The translations under genes were made by a program, and so were the position numbers. Shown one piece after another: positions 29,878-40,149 of a stretch of 64,000 nt of DNA. Origin of the DNA: a virus; the IMG/VR virus record IMGVR_UViG_3300029812_000326, positions 44,871-108,870 of that record; one strand, 5' to 3'. The notes beneath the pieces were generated by a model, which was not told the DNA's origin, did not search any database, and saw only the letters and a program-made list of their open reading frames with translations. Within the stretch, counting starts at the first letter, position 1; the number at the start of each line of letters is the position of its first letter.

Positions 29878-32408
29878 GTATAAGCAAAGAACAAATCTTA
29901 GCATTTACGAATGCAACTATAAAATATTTTATTTTTGACAAGGGTGTAATGCCCAGTCCATGGAAAATATTTAGTTATCTTGATAATTATTTAAAAGAAA
30001 ATGATATCATATTGGGTTTTCCAATTTTCAAAGCCTATCATCAGCCAGAAAATGGGCAATCGAATTTGAAAGAATATAATAGAAATATTAAAGATTTAAC
30101 TTTTGATTTGACAATATTTTATAATGAGCTTATAAATCAAGGCGCAAGGATTCTAGATTTTTTCAGCTCATCAGAAATACAATATAGATCATTATTACAA
30201 AATTTGAAAAAATTAGTATTTGATTTTGAAAATTTGTTAAATTACGAATCGGCTAATTATGTTGTAGGAGACAATTTTTCTGATTATTCTAAAGTTGATT
30301 TGCGTAATACTACCGCAAAAATTGATACGGCGGCGGGAAAAATTGTTATTGGTGATGGACAGTCAAACAAATTAGATTTGTCATTTTATCAGGATATATC
30401 TGAACCACCAAATTTGGAAATTTTAGTGCCTTATATTTCGAGAACTAAATTACCAGAAAATGCATTTTCAAATATTTTGATATCTACGAATAACATTTGG
30501 ACTGAAATATTGTTAACGGAAAGTCCTAAAGGCTGCTCATTGCGATTTGAATTGCCGCTGACAAAGACGGGGAAAAATGTTGAAATAAATCGAATTTATA
30601 TTAGTTTGATGTCTCCCAAAATAACCAACGTAAACGTTGAATATTTACGAGATGGGAATTGGAAACAAATTTTTGATGAAAATATTGATGATATAGATGT
30701 TATATCATTCCGACCAATAATGACAAATAAGTTGCGCTTTATTTTGTCAAAAATTGAACCGGATTCGAATTATGGGAGCAAATATTTTTATCATTTCGGA
30801 ATTAAACAAATTGAACTTTATAAATTCAATGCCGGACAAATGGCTCAATTTAGGTCAAAGCCATTAAATATAGATGCTAACGAACAAGAGGATATAGGAA
30901 TAGGAGAAATAACGTTAGAAGCCGATGAAAATATTCCAGAAGATACCTCAATCGAATATTATATTGCAGAAAATCCTTATTTAACGGGATCATTTGTTCT
31001 TGATTCAGATCATGATGTTATTGTTGATGATCAATATGGAGAAGATTCAGTATTTATTGTCGGCAACACTGGCTTTACTCGTTGGTGGGAAATTGCTGAT
31101 TCTGGAATTTCTATTTTATCGGGAGAATTACCTAGCGGGGAATTTAGATGGATACAAATTGAACCTATAAATCGTTCAGGAGCAACGAAAACAGCAATTA
31201 ATTTTGATTATTTAACAGAAGCAAATAATAATGAATTCTCCGATGGTTATATATTGAAAATTGATAATTTTGCAGAAACTTTCAGTATTGGGGATCTTAA
31301 ATTATATAAAATTTATGAATGGTTTGATCCCATTGATGCGGGAAAGCAAGTTGTCCCATTGAAAATAAAAGTATATGCGGGAAAAAATTGTTGGCTATTC
31401 GAAGAAAAATTTTATGAACATACACAATATTTTGAAACAAATGGAATTTTGGAAGATGGGGAATGTGTAATGAATGGCTCATATAAAAAACGCATTCTTC
31501 ATAATTCAATAATATCTGTAAGATCCGCGGGTTCACTGGAAAAATATGAACCAATTGAAGATTATGTTGTCATATACGGCACACCAGAATTTGGCGCAAC
31601 AATTAGATCCAATGTTGGTAATATGATAGCGGAAGCAGATGAAACTCTACCAATAACATATATTTATGGTGTTAATTTCTTAACTTCGAGATATATATAC
31701 AAATGCTATATTAATTTGCCAAAAAATGTTTATGAAAATGTGCAAGAATCGAATGCGGAAATCCCTAAAATTAAATTTATTTGGTGGAATACTGATATTG
31801 GAAAAATTAAAACAATTTCAATAACAAATTTCGATGATGATATGGTTGAATTAAGTAAGCATGTTGAATATGAATATGAACATAATATGAGTCGAACAAT
31901 TCAACTTATTGATATAGGAAGAGGATTTGGAACATTTGAGATAGAAATTGAATTCGATATTCCCGAAGATATACTTAACGCTGAAAGTGATATTGCACGT
32001 AAAATATTAGATGAATTTAATCCGATTTCGCGTGTAATATTGCCCCAATATCTTGAACCAAGTGCGTGGAATGAGCCCTTATATCAAATTGGTAGTGATA
32101 CCTTAAAATATATGACACATAAATATGATCATACGAAGTTTGCACTTTATCAGGAATCAAATGGAAGATACGTATTACTCACAAATAATATGGGACAATT
32201 TTTAGGCAGCACGAGATTGGTTTTTAAAAATGAAATTTTGGATTCGCAGACTGGATTCTTAGGTATAGACCCTTCAGAATTTTTTGATATTTCATTTAAA
32301 GTAGTAAATAAAATATGTGATTCACTATTATTTAGAGCAGTTTTAAAAAGTCAAATTGATACAACACCTGAAATTCGTTCATATAAATTGATAATCAAAA
32401 ATGAATAA
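29874..32408 (+). CDS. Large baseplate/tail protein (paralog family ending TPxIxxY)
   Basis: SNLKEYNRNIKDLTFDL N-terminal motif; C-terminal TTPEIRSYKL; local cluster DSGISILSGELPSGEF. Confidence 0.55.
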   Translation: MSISKEQILAFTNATIKYFIFDKGVMPSPWKIFSYLDNYLKENDIILGFPIFKAYHQPENGQSNLKEYNRNIKDLTFDLTIFYNELINQGARILDFFSSSEIQYRSLLQNLKKLVFDFENLLNYESANYVVGDNFSDYSKVDLRNTTAKIDTAAGKIVIGDGQSNKLDLSFYQDISEPPNLEILVPYISRTKLPENAFSNILISTNNIWTEILLTESPKGCSLRFELPLTKTGKNVEINRIYISLMSPKITNVNVEYLRDGNWKQIFDENIDDIDVISFRPIMTNKLRFILSKIEPDSNYGSKYFYHFGIKQIELYKFNAGQMAQFRSKPLNIDANEQEDIGIGEITLEADENIPEDTSIEYYIAENPYLTGSFVLDSDHDVIVDDQYGEDSVFIVGNTGFTRWWEIADSGISILSGELPSGEFRWIQIEPINRSGATKTAINFDYLTEANNNEFSDGYILKIDNFAETFSIGDLKLYKIYEWFDPIDAGKQVVPLKIKVYAGKNCWLFEEKFYEHTQYFETNGILEDGECVMNGSYKKRILHNSIISVRSAGSLEKYEPIEDYVVIYGTPEFGATIRSNVGNMIAEADETLPITYIYGVNFLTSRYIYKCYINLPKNVYENVQESNAEIPKIKFIWWNTDIGKIKTISITNFDDDMVELSKHVEYEYEHNMSRTIQLIDIGRGFGTFEIEIEFDIPEDILNAESDIARKILDEFNPISRVILPQYLEPSAWNEPLYQIGSDTLKYMTHKYDHTKFALYQESNGRYVLLTNNMGQFLGSTRLVFKNEILDSQTGFLGIDPSEFFDISFKVVNKICDSLLFRAVLKSQIDTTPEIRSYKLIIKNE

Positions 32409-32411
32409 ATT

Positions 32412-32687
32412 ATGATCAACAAATTTCGATATAGCAGAAGAATTTTTCGTTCGAATTATCCACTGTCTTCAAGAACGTGGGGAGCAATATTAGAAGAAAT
32501 ACAATCAATTTTTTGTCAATATTTCGGAAATACGATAAATAAAGAAAAAATTGCAACTGGAATTGTTGGCGAATTAATTGATGAATTATCAACGTTCTAT
32601 ACTGAGACATGGGGGAATTCTGACGAAACAAATGCGAATTTTATGAATTTATTGACAAATATAAAACATTCATTGTCGAAGAAATAA
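32412..32687 (+). CDS. Small structural protein
   Basis: FRSNYPLSSRTWGAILEEI resembles FRGPLSSELLNRAFEEI of the next gene. Confidence 0.5.
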   Translation: MINKFRYSRRIFRSNYPLSSRTWGAILEEIQSIFCQYFGNTINKEKIATGIVGELIDELSTFYTETWGNSDETNANFMNLLTNIKHSLSKK

Positions 32688-32703
32688 ACGTTGGAGGTGA
32701 GAA

Positions 32704-33834
32704 ATGAATTTGACCCGGTGGCATCAAGCATTTCGCGGACCATTATCTAGCGAACTGCTAAATCGCGCATTTGAAGAAATTTATGAGGAATTAGGCAAAG
32801 CAATCGAATATGTACAGCATCTATCGGAAAATAAGCAAACATTAACTGATGCCCTATCATATCAATTGAATGCAATTGCTGGGATTTACGGAGCAGAAAA
32901 TACAGCTGTAGGCAATATGAATACTACTCGAGGAATTCTGCATAGGAATATGTACATTGATACAGGAATAACTAATGCCGCGGGCACGGTTCAAGCTACG
33001 ATAAATGCGATGTATGGCATTGCGCATTTGCCGATTGGTCGCAAATTATCGATGGTTCCACAAGAAAAAAATGTTTATGGGGAAAGCGTTGCTGATTCCC
33101 TAATTAAAATTTATTTGGATGATGATTTGCAACCATCGGATGCAAATATCTACGAAATGTTACATAGAAAAGTGAACGCAATATGGTTTGGAAAAAATGT
33201 TGGCGCTGCGCTTAAAGTTATAAGAATAAATTTTCCGAAAGCGCCTAATACTAAATTGAATTATATTGAATTTCAACCGGCGCCGATACTCAATGAAACT
33301 ATTGATAATATTCAAATAAGAAATTATAATAATTTATATCAATCGCCATATGACGGATGTCCCGCGGTAAATAATAATACTATGCTGTGTTTCGAAAATA
33401 ATTCATTTAATGATTCTATTCAATTTGAATTGATGCCATGGAATATCGATGGTGGAATTTGTGGGATGAAATATTTTGATTGTGGTTATGCAGATTATAT
33501 TGGGGCGGCCAATATTAGATTTATTATGTCAACTGCGGCACCTGGAACGATTAATACAATTACTCATATTTTTCATGAACCAAACAATTTGAATTTTGTC
33601 CATCCTGGACCCAATTATTTAGGATTTTTAGATAATCCACCTGTAAAAATTAGTCTTCGGAAAAATAGCCATGCGGGAACTTTATTATGGGATAACGTTA
33701 ATTATGCTTATCCGCAAGATAGCGGCATTCCCATAACTGCGGGGGGAATTACAGATATTTATATCGAAATTGAATTTATAAAGATGAATGACAGTACACC
33801 GATCTTCCAAAATATTACAATTTATTATGATTAA
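32704..33834 (+). CDS. Baseplate/tail protein (paralog family)
   Basis: GGAGGTG RBS; FRGPLSS N-terminus; C-terminal STPIFQNITI. Confidence 0.55.
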   Translation: MNLTRWHQAFRGPLSSELLNRAFEEIYEELGKAIEYVQHLSENKQTLTDALSYQLNAIAGIYGAENTAVGNMNTTRGILHRNMYIDTGITNAAGTVQATINAMYGIAHLPIGRKLSMVPQEKNVYGESVADSLIKIYLDDDLQPSDANIYEMLHRKVNAIWFGKNVGAALKVIRINFPKAPNTKLNYIEFQPAPILNETIDNIQIRNYNNLYQSPYDGCPAVNNNTMLCFENNSFNDSIQFELMPWNIDGGICGMKYFDCGYADYIGAANIRFIMSTAAPGTINTITHIFHEPNNLNFVHPGPNYLGFLDNPPVKISLRKNSHAGTLLWDNVNYAYPQDSGIPITAGGITDIYIEIEFIKMNDSTPIFQNITIYYD

Positions 33835-33849
33835 GAGGTTATAAATAAA

Positions 33850-34812
33850 ATGGGACAAATATTTGCCGATACTGATAAATTTACTGCTGGCGAAATACCT
33901 AAAGTTACTAAATTCCAGCGCATTGTTAATTATTTGAATCGTCATATAATGCATCGGAAAAATAAAATAAAAAGTCCGGGCAATTATGAACATTGGTCAG
34001 AATGTCTTAAATATGATGATGGCAATAGTGGCATATCTGTTTATGACAAATTAAAACAGCAACTTAATCCAAATGTTGATGATAGAAAATGTGCAACAGT
34101 ATGTTTATCAAGGAATCCTGATATTAATGCAAGCTCAATATTATATAGGACTTCTTATAATTTTACGTGCAATGGGTCCCGAGATGAGGAAGAATTCCAA
34201 AAAGCATGGACGCTAATTAGCCAACGGGGACTAGGAAAAATATTTTTTAGAAAAGGCATATATGAATTTGAAAAGACTTCTTATTTGCAATTTCCCGCGC
34301 ATGAACAAGAAAATAAGCCATTTTGTATAGTAATTGAAGGAGAACAGGGTGCACAATTGCATCATAAAATTCCATTTACAGCAGAAGATAATGCCATGTT
34401 TGTTCTTCAAACGGAAAATGGATATGTATATCAACCAACATTAATATTTAAAAATTTAGTATTTTTAGGCGGATTAAATACTTCGAGATTTATGAAACTA
34501 AATGAAAATGCAACTTTGCCTTACACTATTATATTTGATCGTTGTGCATTTTGGATTCGAGATGAATCAATGGAACGGGATTGGTCATCATTAGATTTAT
34601 CTGGAAATAATAAAATTGGACATATTTATTTTAATGAATGTTATTTTCGCAGAATATATTTATCTAAAACTTATCCATCTGGATTTGTGGGACATTTGGG
34701 ACATATAATTAAAGCTGATAAGTTGGCATTGATTAAAACTGAAAATTGCATATTTGAAGATCGAGGAAATCGGCACGATTGGGATAAATTCAAATATGTG
34801 CATCCGGTATAA
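33850..34812 (+). CDS. Tailspike-like beta-helix protein 1 with shared 'YEHW' N-terminal module
   Basis: LNRHIMHRK...PGNYEHW; GKIFFRKGIY...IEGE beta-helix start; repeated (I/F)xNCxF. Confidence 0.6.
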   Translation: MGQIFADTDKFTAGEIPKVTKFQRIVNYLNRHIMHRKNKIKSPGNYEHWSECLKYDDGNSGISVYDKLKQQLNPNVDDRKCATVCLSRNPDINASSILYRTSYNFTCNGSRDEEEFQKAWTLISQRGLGKIFFRKGIYEFEKTSYLQFPAHEQENKPFCIVIEGEQGAQLHHKIPFTAEDNAMFVLQTENGYVYQPTLIFKNLVFLGGLNTSRFMKLNENATLPYTIIFDRCAFWIRDESMERDWSSLDLSGNNKIGHIYFNECYFRRIYLSKTYPSGFVGHLGHIIKADKLALIKTENCIFEDRGNRHDWDKFKYVHPV

Positions 34813-34815
34813 AAT

Positions 34816-35418
34816 ATGATAGCAAAATGTATTTGTGAAGACGGAAGAATAATTGTATGTCCATTTGGTTATTTTCCGGGTAGCATAATACCAAATGAAG
34901 TTTGTGATTTTTGGGAAGGACACGATCCTGATGATCCAGTCGGAGGAGATCCTGGAGATCAAGATTTAAGTTTGCCCGCAATTCATATTACAGATTGTGG
35001 TCAAACATCAATAAAATTTTGTGATTTCCAAGGACAAAATTGTATTATAGCAGTTAAATCAACTTCTGCACAACCCCAAAATCTTATATTTCATGGAAAT
35101 AAAATTTTATTATTTGGATATAATATGTTGGATTCAGTTTATTTTAATTCGATATTTTATACGTATAATGTAAAAGGTTCATTGACCGATAATATATTTA
35201 TTGGATTGTTGACGGAAACTCCAGGTGGTGGAATTATTTATGCAACAAGATTTGCTGGAACGTTTAAACCAGAGCCGCTATTTAATATATTGACATTCCC
35301 GCAAGTGGGTGCCCAAAATTATAGTCAAACCCCCGCATATTGGTTTTGGGGATGCGATCCTCGGGGTGCTAATCTTTGGTTTGGAAGGCATTTTGCAAAT
35401 ATCTATGAGGTGGAATAA
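34816..35418 (+). CDS. Hypothetical tail-associated protein
   Basis: Lies among tailspike-like genes; Cys-rich N-terminus and Asp/Pro/Gly linker. Confidence 0.45.
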   Translation: MIAKCICEDGRIIVCPFGYFPGSIIPNEVCDFWEGHDPDDPVGGDPGDQDLSLPAIHITDCGQTSIKFCDFQGQNCIIAVKSTSAQPQNLIFHGNKILLFGYNMLDSVYFNSIFYTYNVKGSLTDNIFIGLLTETPGGGIIYATRFAGTFKPEPLFNILTFPQVGAQNYSQTPAYWFWGCDPRGANLWFGRHFANIYEVE

Positions 35419-36644
35419 TGAAATTTGAAACCCAATTGTGGAAACGTTGGGAATTTCCTTCATATGAAAAATTAAATTCCTTGATAGAAGGCATAAATAA
35501 ACATATTAAACACAGAAAAACGCTGACTGGAATTTTCGAATATACCGATCCTGATGGCAATTATGAACATTGGGCATCAGTGGTTCGTTGTCTTGCATTT
35601 CCTGATGTTCAATGGGCATTAGATAATGAGCCTTCAGGAACATTTGATACTTATAATTCGGCAATTATAGTTGCTCCTGAATCTAGAAGAGCATATGTAT
35701 CCGCTGATTATTATGTTGATAATCCGTCTGCAGATTTGCCGGCAATTCTGGATGCAGCGGCCGGAGCAACTGTATTTTTCCTTGCTGGTGATTATCTTTT
35801 TACAACGGATTTTACGATAAATAATCCGGCGACTCTAATTGGTGAATCTTCTGCTACTACGAGGTTCATATTTTCAAATGGAATGCGATTACTATATTCT
35901 GGCAATGCGGATTCTGCTGCAGCACCAGTAAGATTTAAAAATTTATTATTTCAAGGTAGCTATGAGGAATTCATTGCAGGGATTGGTATGACATTTGATA
36001 AATGTATTTTTTATTATCAAAGTGCTTCGCATGAGATTGCGGCTGTTACGGGTTTAATAGAAACATCCGCTGGAGATTATCCAGGAGAATTACGAATTGA
36101 TAATTGTCAATTTATAATTCATGGACCAGGAATGGCATTTGGTTCTAGCGATGCTATAATTTATGAAAATCTTATTGCAATAAAGCATGATTATGGCAAA
36201 TTATATGTTGTAGATTCTGTAATTGACTATTATTTTGGTCCATCAGTATATTTTCAATATGGAATTTATGCTACAAAATATTTGAAAATTTCTAATTCAA
36301 GAATTGTAACATATGATGAGACTATATTTTTTGATGGTGCAACCGAAAATTTAATAATTAAAAATTGCGAATTAGGCAGAAAGCGATTTGAAGATTCGTC
36401 AGGAGTTGTTCTTATTAGCGATGCTATCCATACTTGTGTAACTCGGACTAAAATACAATATACTACTGGTCCTGCATCAGCAACAAAATTTGCAATTTAT
36501 CAATTGGGCACATTTAATGGATTTATTGGTATGAATGTATTTAATACCAATATTGATGTCAATGGTAATACGATTTCTAATTATAATGGATTTAATTCCA
36601 TTGTAGAAAAAGATTTGGTATTTAACTTTTTACAGTATCCATAA
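35418..36644 (+). CDS. Tailspike-like beta-helix protein 2 with 'YEHW' module
   Basis: INKHIKHRK...PDGNYEHWAS; GATVFFLAGDY...LIGES; DKCIF, DNCQF and KNCEL repeats. Confidence 0.65.
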   Translation: MKFETQLWKRWEFPSYEKLNSLIEGINKHIKHRKTLTGIFEYTDPDGNYEHWASVVRCLAFPDVQWALDNEPSGTFDTYNSAIIVAPESRRAYVSADYYVDNPSADLPAILDAAAGATVFFLAGDYLFTTDFTINNPATLIGESSATTRFIFSNGMRLLYSGNADSAAAPVRFKNLLFQGSYEEFIAGIGMTFDKCIFYYQSASHEIAAVTGLIETSAGDYPGELRIDNCQFIIHGPGMAFGSSDAIIYENLIAIKHDYGKLYVVDSVIDYYFGPSVYFQYGIYATKYLKISNSRIVTYDETIFFDGATENLIIKNCELGRKRFEDSSGVVLISDAIHTCVTRTKIQYTTGPASATKFAIYQLGTFNGFIGMNVFNTNIDVNGNTISNYNGFNSIVEKDLVFNFLQYP

Positions 36645-36653
36645 GGAGTATTT

Positions 36654-37979
36654 GTGGGTGAATTATTTCTTAAATTTGGACGTTTTAAAAAGCTTGCTGC
36701 GAAAATCCTTAATAAATTGACGCACAAGTTGAACGACCATACTAATGCGTGTGGACACATCCCATCATATCCCGGCGATCAATATGAGCATTGGGCTTCT
36801 GCATTTAAATTTGATGATATTTCATTAGAAGAAGCACTTAATAATAGAGAAACAAGTGCCATATTAGATTCTAAATGCGGATCTCTCATAATAGCACAAT
36901 CTGCTGATCGGGCAGATCAAGGATTTGTGGCTGATGTTGATCATTTCCAAGATACTTTACATTCTGCTATTGATGCTGTCCATGATTTTGACGGAGCATC
37001 TATTCTTGTTTTAAGTGGAACATATTATTTTGATGATTCATTTAGATGCCATGCAGATGTTGAAATTATTGGGGAATCAAAAGATTGTGTAAAATTTGTT
37101 ACTAATTTTTCCGATAATGAAATTCTCCATCTTTCAAAAGGAACATTTAGAAATATAACATTTATTTCTGAAACAGGTAAATATTTTATTGGTGGAGTAG
37201 TAAGCGTTGGGGCATCTGATTATTATTATACTGAAAGTAGTTATCCGGTAGATTTGATATTTGATAATTGTAATTTTGAATTTAGATCTGATGATCTTAG
37301 TTCTACGTTGCAATTTGATTTTAATCGCTCTGTTCCATATACATATTGTCGCGTAGTTTTTAATGAATGTGATTTTATAAATTATAGAACTGCTTCTCCA
37401 CCTGTTTTGCGGGCCGTGATATGTGTTCAATTGCTGCATTGTTTAAATGCACCGCCCAAATTTATATTTAACAAGTGCAATTTTTATTACGGCGATGAAG
37501 CAACTGCCAATTATGAACGTTGGTTATATATGTATTCAGAATTTCGTCCCTCAACCGGGCATGGGGAAAATACTTCGGAAGAGCAAGTTACTAAAGCAAC
37601 ATTTTATCGATGTAATATCTATAATAGTCCTTCTGCTGCTGTAATAAACTATCATAATCCAATTTGTGGTAGCAATTTTGGTTTGGAAATGTATCATTGT
37701 AATCTTGAAACTAAAACTCCCCATGCCATATATGCAACGCTTGGTGGGTTAATATTCATGCGATTATTTTTCAATAATTTTACCACTACAGGATTATGTT
37801 TCTATCAATATGATAATGAAAATTATGACTATAATTTGAATACTTTAGCATTTATATATAATATAACAGATCAATTGTTTCCAACCACCATCAATAATAA
37901 TTTGATACTTTACTGGAATACAAATATTGTGAGAACTGGTAATACAAATCCTTTGTATCAAGGAGATGTGGTATTCTGA
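36654..37979 (+). CDS. Tailspike-like beta-helix protein 3 with 'YEHW' module
   Basis: LNDHTN...PGDQYEHWAS; GASILVLSGTY...IIGES; FDNCNF, FNECDF and FNKCNF repeats. Confidence 0.65.
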   Translation: MGELFLKFGRFKKLAAKILNKLTHKLNDHTNACGHIPSYPGDQYEHWASAFKFDDISLEEALNNRETSAILDSKCGSLIIAQSADRADQGFVADVDHFQDTLHSAIDAVHDFDGASILVLSGTYYFDDSFRCHADVEIIGESKDCVKFVTNFSDNEILHLSKGTFRNITFISETGKYFIGGVVSVGASDYYYTESSYPVDLIFDNCNFEFRSDDLSSTLQFDFNRSVPYTYCRVVFNECDFINYRTASPPVLRAVICVQLLHCLNAPPKFIFNKCNFYYGDEATANYERWLYMYSEFRPSTGHGENTSEEQVTKATFYRCNIYNSPSAAVINYHNPICGSNFGLEMYHCNLETKTPHAIYATLGGLIFMRLFFNNFTTTGLCFYQYDNENYDYNLNTLAFIYNITDQLFPTTINNNLILYWNTNIVRTGNTNPLYQGDVVF

Positions 37980-38010
37980 TAAATAAGTGGTTTCAAAATA
38001 AGGAGTTAAT

Positions 38011-38406
38011 ATGGGAACCCATCCTGTATCTTTTAATCAATTAACTATTGCCATAGAAATAATAGAAAAGAATCTTGAAGCTTTGACATTAACTGTTACT
38101 AATATGGTTCAACATATTTCCACGGGTATTCCTTCAAAACGCGATTTAGATAGAATTCGTCAAGAAATAGTGTTGATGAAAGAATCCGGAGATTATTCTG
38201 GAAATCAAATTGGAAATATCAATGATGCAGATTTGCGAGCAATGTTAGAACTGAAACCTACATTGGATAATCTTATTGCTATGATGGAATCTTTTGATGA
38301 TTGGAAAACATCTACAAATAGTACTATAAATCAAATTAGTAGCCAATTGCAAGCAGTTCAATTACAATTATCGGCATTGGAAAGAAGAGTAGTAGCATTG
38401 GAGTAA
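38011..38406 (+). CDS. Coiled-coil structural protein
   Basis: Heptad pattern ending LSALERRVVALE; AAGGAG RBS. Confidence 0.55.
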   Translation: MGTHPVSFNQLTIAIEIIEKNLEALTLTVTNMVQHISTGIPSKRDLDRIRQEIVLMKESGDYSGNQIGNINDADLRAMLELKPTLDNLIAMMESFDDWKTSTNSTINQISSQLQAVQLQLSALERRVVALE

Positions 38407-38409
38407 TAT

Positions 38410-38796
38410 ATGAGCGGCTATAAAAAAGCTTCATATGTAAAAGGTCCACTTCGGCGCATTTCTAGCTTTTTGTTTGTAAGAAAAAATGGATCTATTGATG
38501 TTAATGTATTGGCATTAGGTAGTGTAAAATCTACTGTGATTGAATTCACTACTAATGAATCTGTCAAGTTGCCTGGGGTAGCTTATCCAAAACGCAAATC
38601 ATTAACATTATGTCCTATTATTGATTCTTCCGGAATGTTTTATATTGGTGGTTCTGATGTTACAGTTGATAATGGATTACCATTAAGTTCTTTGGAATAT
38701 TATTCTATAGATATTGGTGAAAATGCTGATTTATGGGGTGTTGCCGATACGTCGGGTGAAGTGAGAATTTTAGAACTTGCTGAATATGATAATTAA
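38410..38796 (+). CDS. Small beta-sandwich virion protein
   Basis: RKSL.L......[16 protein letters not shown]...LWGVA...EVRILE pattern common in phage structural genes. Confidence 0.5.
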   Translation: MSGYKKASYVKGPLRRISSFLFVRKNGSIDVNVLALGSVKSTVIEFTTNESVKLPGVAYPKRKSLTLCPIIDSSGMFYIGGSDVTVDNGLPLSSLEYYSIDIGENADLWGVADTSGEVRILELAEYDN

Positions 38797-38816
38797 TTTA
38801 TTTCAAAGAAGATATT

Positions 38817-40127
38817 ATGTCTAATCCAATTATGCCAAGTAGTGGTGGAGAATCGAAAGACAAAACTCCTCCAATAATTGGTGGAGATGAATGTGAACAA
38901 GGATCTACTTGTGATGTAGATACCACACCTCCAGTTATATCTCCTCCTTCTTGTGGATGGGGGGTTGCTGGAGCCCGAGGGTATCCAGGATTGCCAGGAC
39001 CGCAAGGTCCACAAGGAGAGCAAGGAATTCCTGGGATCAGTGGTGAACCCGGGGAAGCTGGACTTCAAGGAGATCCTGGTATGAGCGGTGAACCGGGAGA
39101 GCAAGGCCCACAGGGACCAGAAGGCCCAGAAGGCCCAGAGGGGCCTCCAGGATCAGGAGGATGGCAGACTTTAGATGATATTTGCGCGGTTGGAAATGAA
39201 ACAGATTATGATATTCATACATCTGGGGATTTGATTGTAGACCATTCGGGAATGTTTGGGAAAGATATATTTCTTAATTGGGATGGACCAGATGATGATA
39301 GTTATTTATATTTTTATGACGGAGCATCTCCTACTGGGCGACATTTAAAATGGAACAATGCGTCCAGTAGATTTGAATTTAATGAAGATGTCCGTTGTGC
39401 AGAATTAGAGGGCGGGAAAAATATTCATATAAATATCTATCATAATGATGTTGACGCAGTCATGCATTTTTATAAACCCGGTGCAGGATATGAATTTTTT
39501 AAATGGGATAAAACTAATAATAAATTTGTTCTTAGTGATAAAATAGAAATCGGCGGAAATACAACTGTTTTGGGGAGTATTTATGGACATTCAAATATTG
39601 TGGCTTATGGAGATTTATTAGTTAATTATGATTATGGAGATGTCGATGCGCAAATAAGATTTTTCAAATCCGATTCAAACGAAGAATATCTTAAATGGAA
39701 TAAAACCCACAATTGGTTTGAATTCTCAGATGATCTCCATGTGGGCGGCGGAATATCTGGTTCTTTCTTTATAATAGGGGATCTTGCACTTCCTGGTAGT
39801 CCAGTTGAAGGAACTATAGCATATGATTCAACTTCTGGGGAATTCTTCGGATGGGATGGGAGTGTATGGGATCCATTTAGTGGTGAAGTTGGAATAAGTG
39901 GAGAGCCTGGACAACAGGGAATATCAGGAGAACCGGGAGAACAAGGATCTCCAGGAGATATCAGTCAAGCAACTTTAGATTTCGTATGTGATAATTCGAA
40001 TGAAACAGATCAGGATATTCACACATCGGGAGATTTGATTGCAGATGAAACTCTCGAAGCCAGAAGAATTGAATTGAATAAAAATATGAATTACGAAGAC
40101 GTTGTTATTTATTTTTACTTTCCCTAA
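38817..40127 (+). CDS. Tail fibre, part 1 (collagen-like segments plus beta repeats)
   Basis: Gly-X-Y runs; TLDxxC..xNETxxDIHTSG repeats; FY...E..KW...FEFSDD repeats; ends mid-repeat (VIYFYFP*). Confidence 0.75.
   Translation: MSNPIMPSSGGESKDKTPPIIGGDECEQGSTCDVDTTPPVISPPSCGWGVAGARGYPGLPGPQGPQGEQGIPGISGEPGEAGLQGDPGMSGEPGEQGPQGPEGPEGPEGPPGSGGWQTLDDICAVGNETDYDIHTSGDLIVDHSGMFGKDIFLNWDGPDDDSYLYFYDGASPTGRHLKWNNASSRFEFNEDVRCAELEGGKNIHINIYHNDVDAVMHFYKPGAGYEFFKWDKTNNKFVLSDKIEIGGNTTVLGSIYGHSNIVAYGDLLVNYDYGDVDAQIRFFKSDSNEEYLKWNKTHNWFEFSDDLHVGGGISGSFFIIGDLALPGSPVEGTIAYDSTSGEFFGWDGSVWDPFSGEVGISGEPGQQGISGEPGEQGSPGDISQATLDFVCDNSNETDQDIHTSGDLIADETLEARRIELNKNMNYEDVVIYFYFP
38961..39152 (+). repeat. Collagen-like Gly-X-Y repeat (~21 triplets); second run at 39882-39956 (~8 triplets)
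   Basis: [30 protein letters not shown]...[13 protein letters not shown]. Confidence 0.9.
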
Positions 40128-40149
40128 TCCATAATGGAGGAAATATTGA

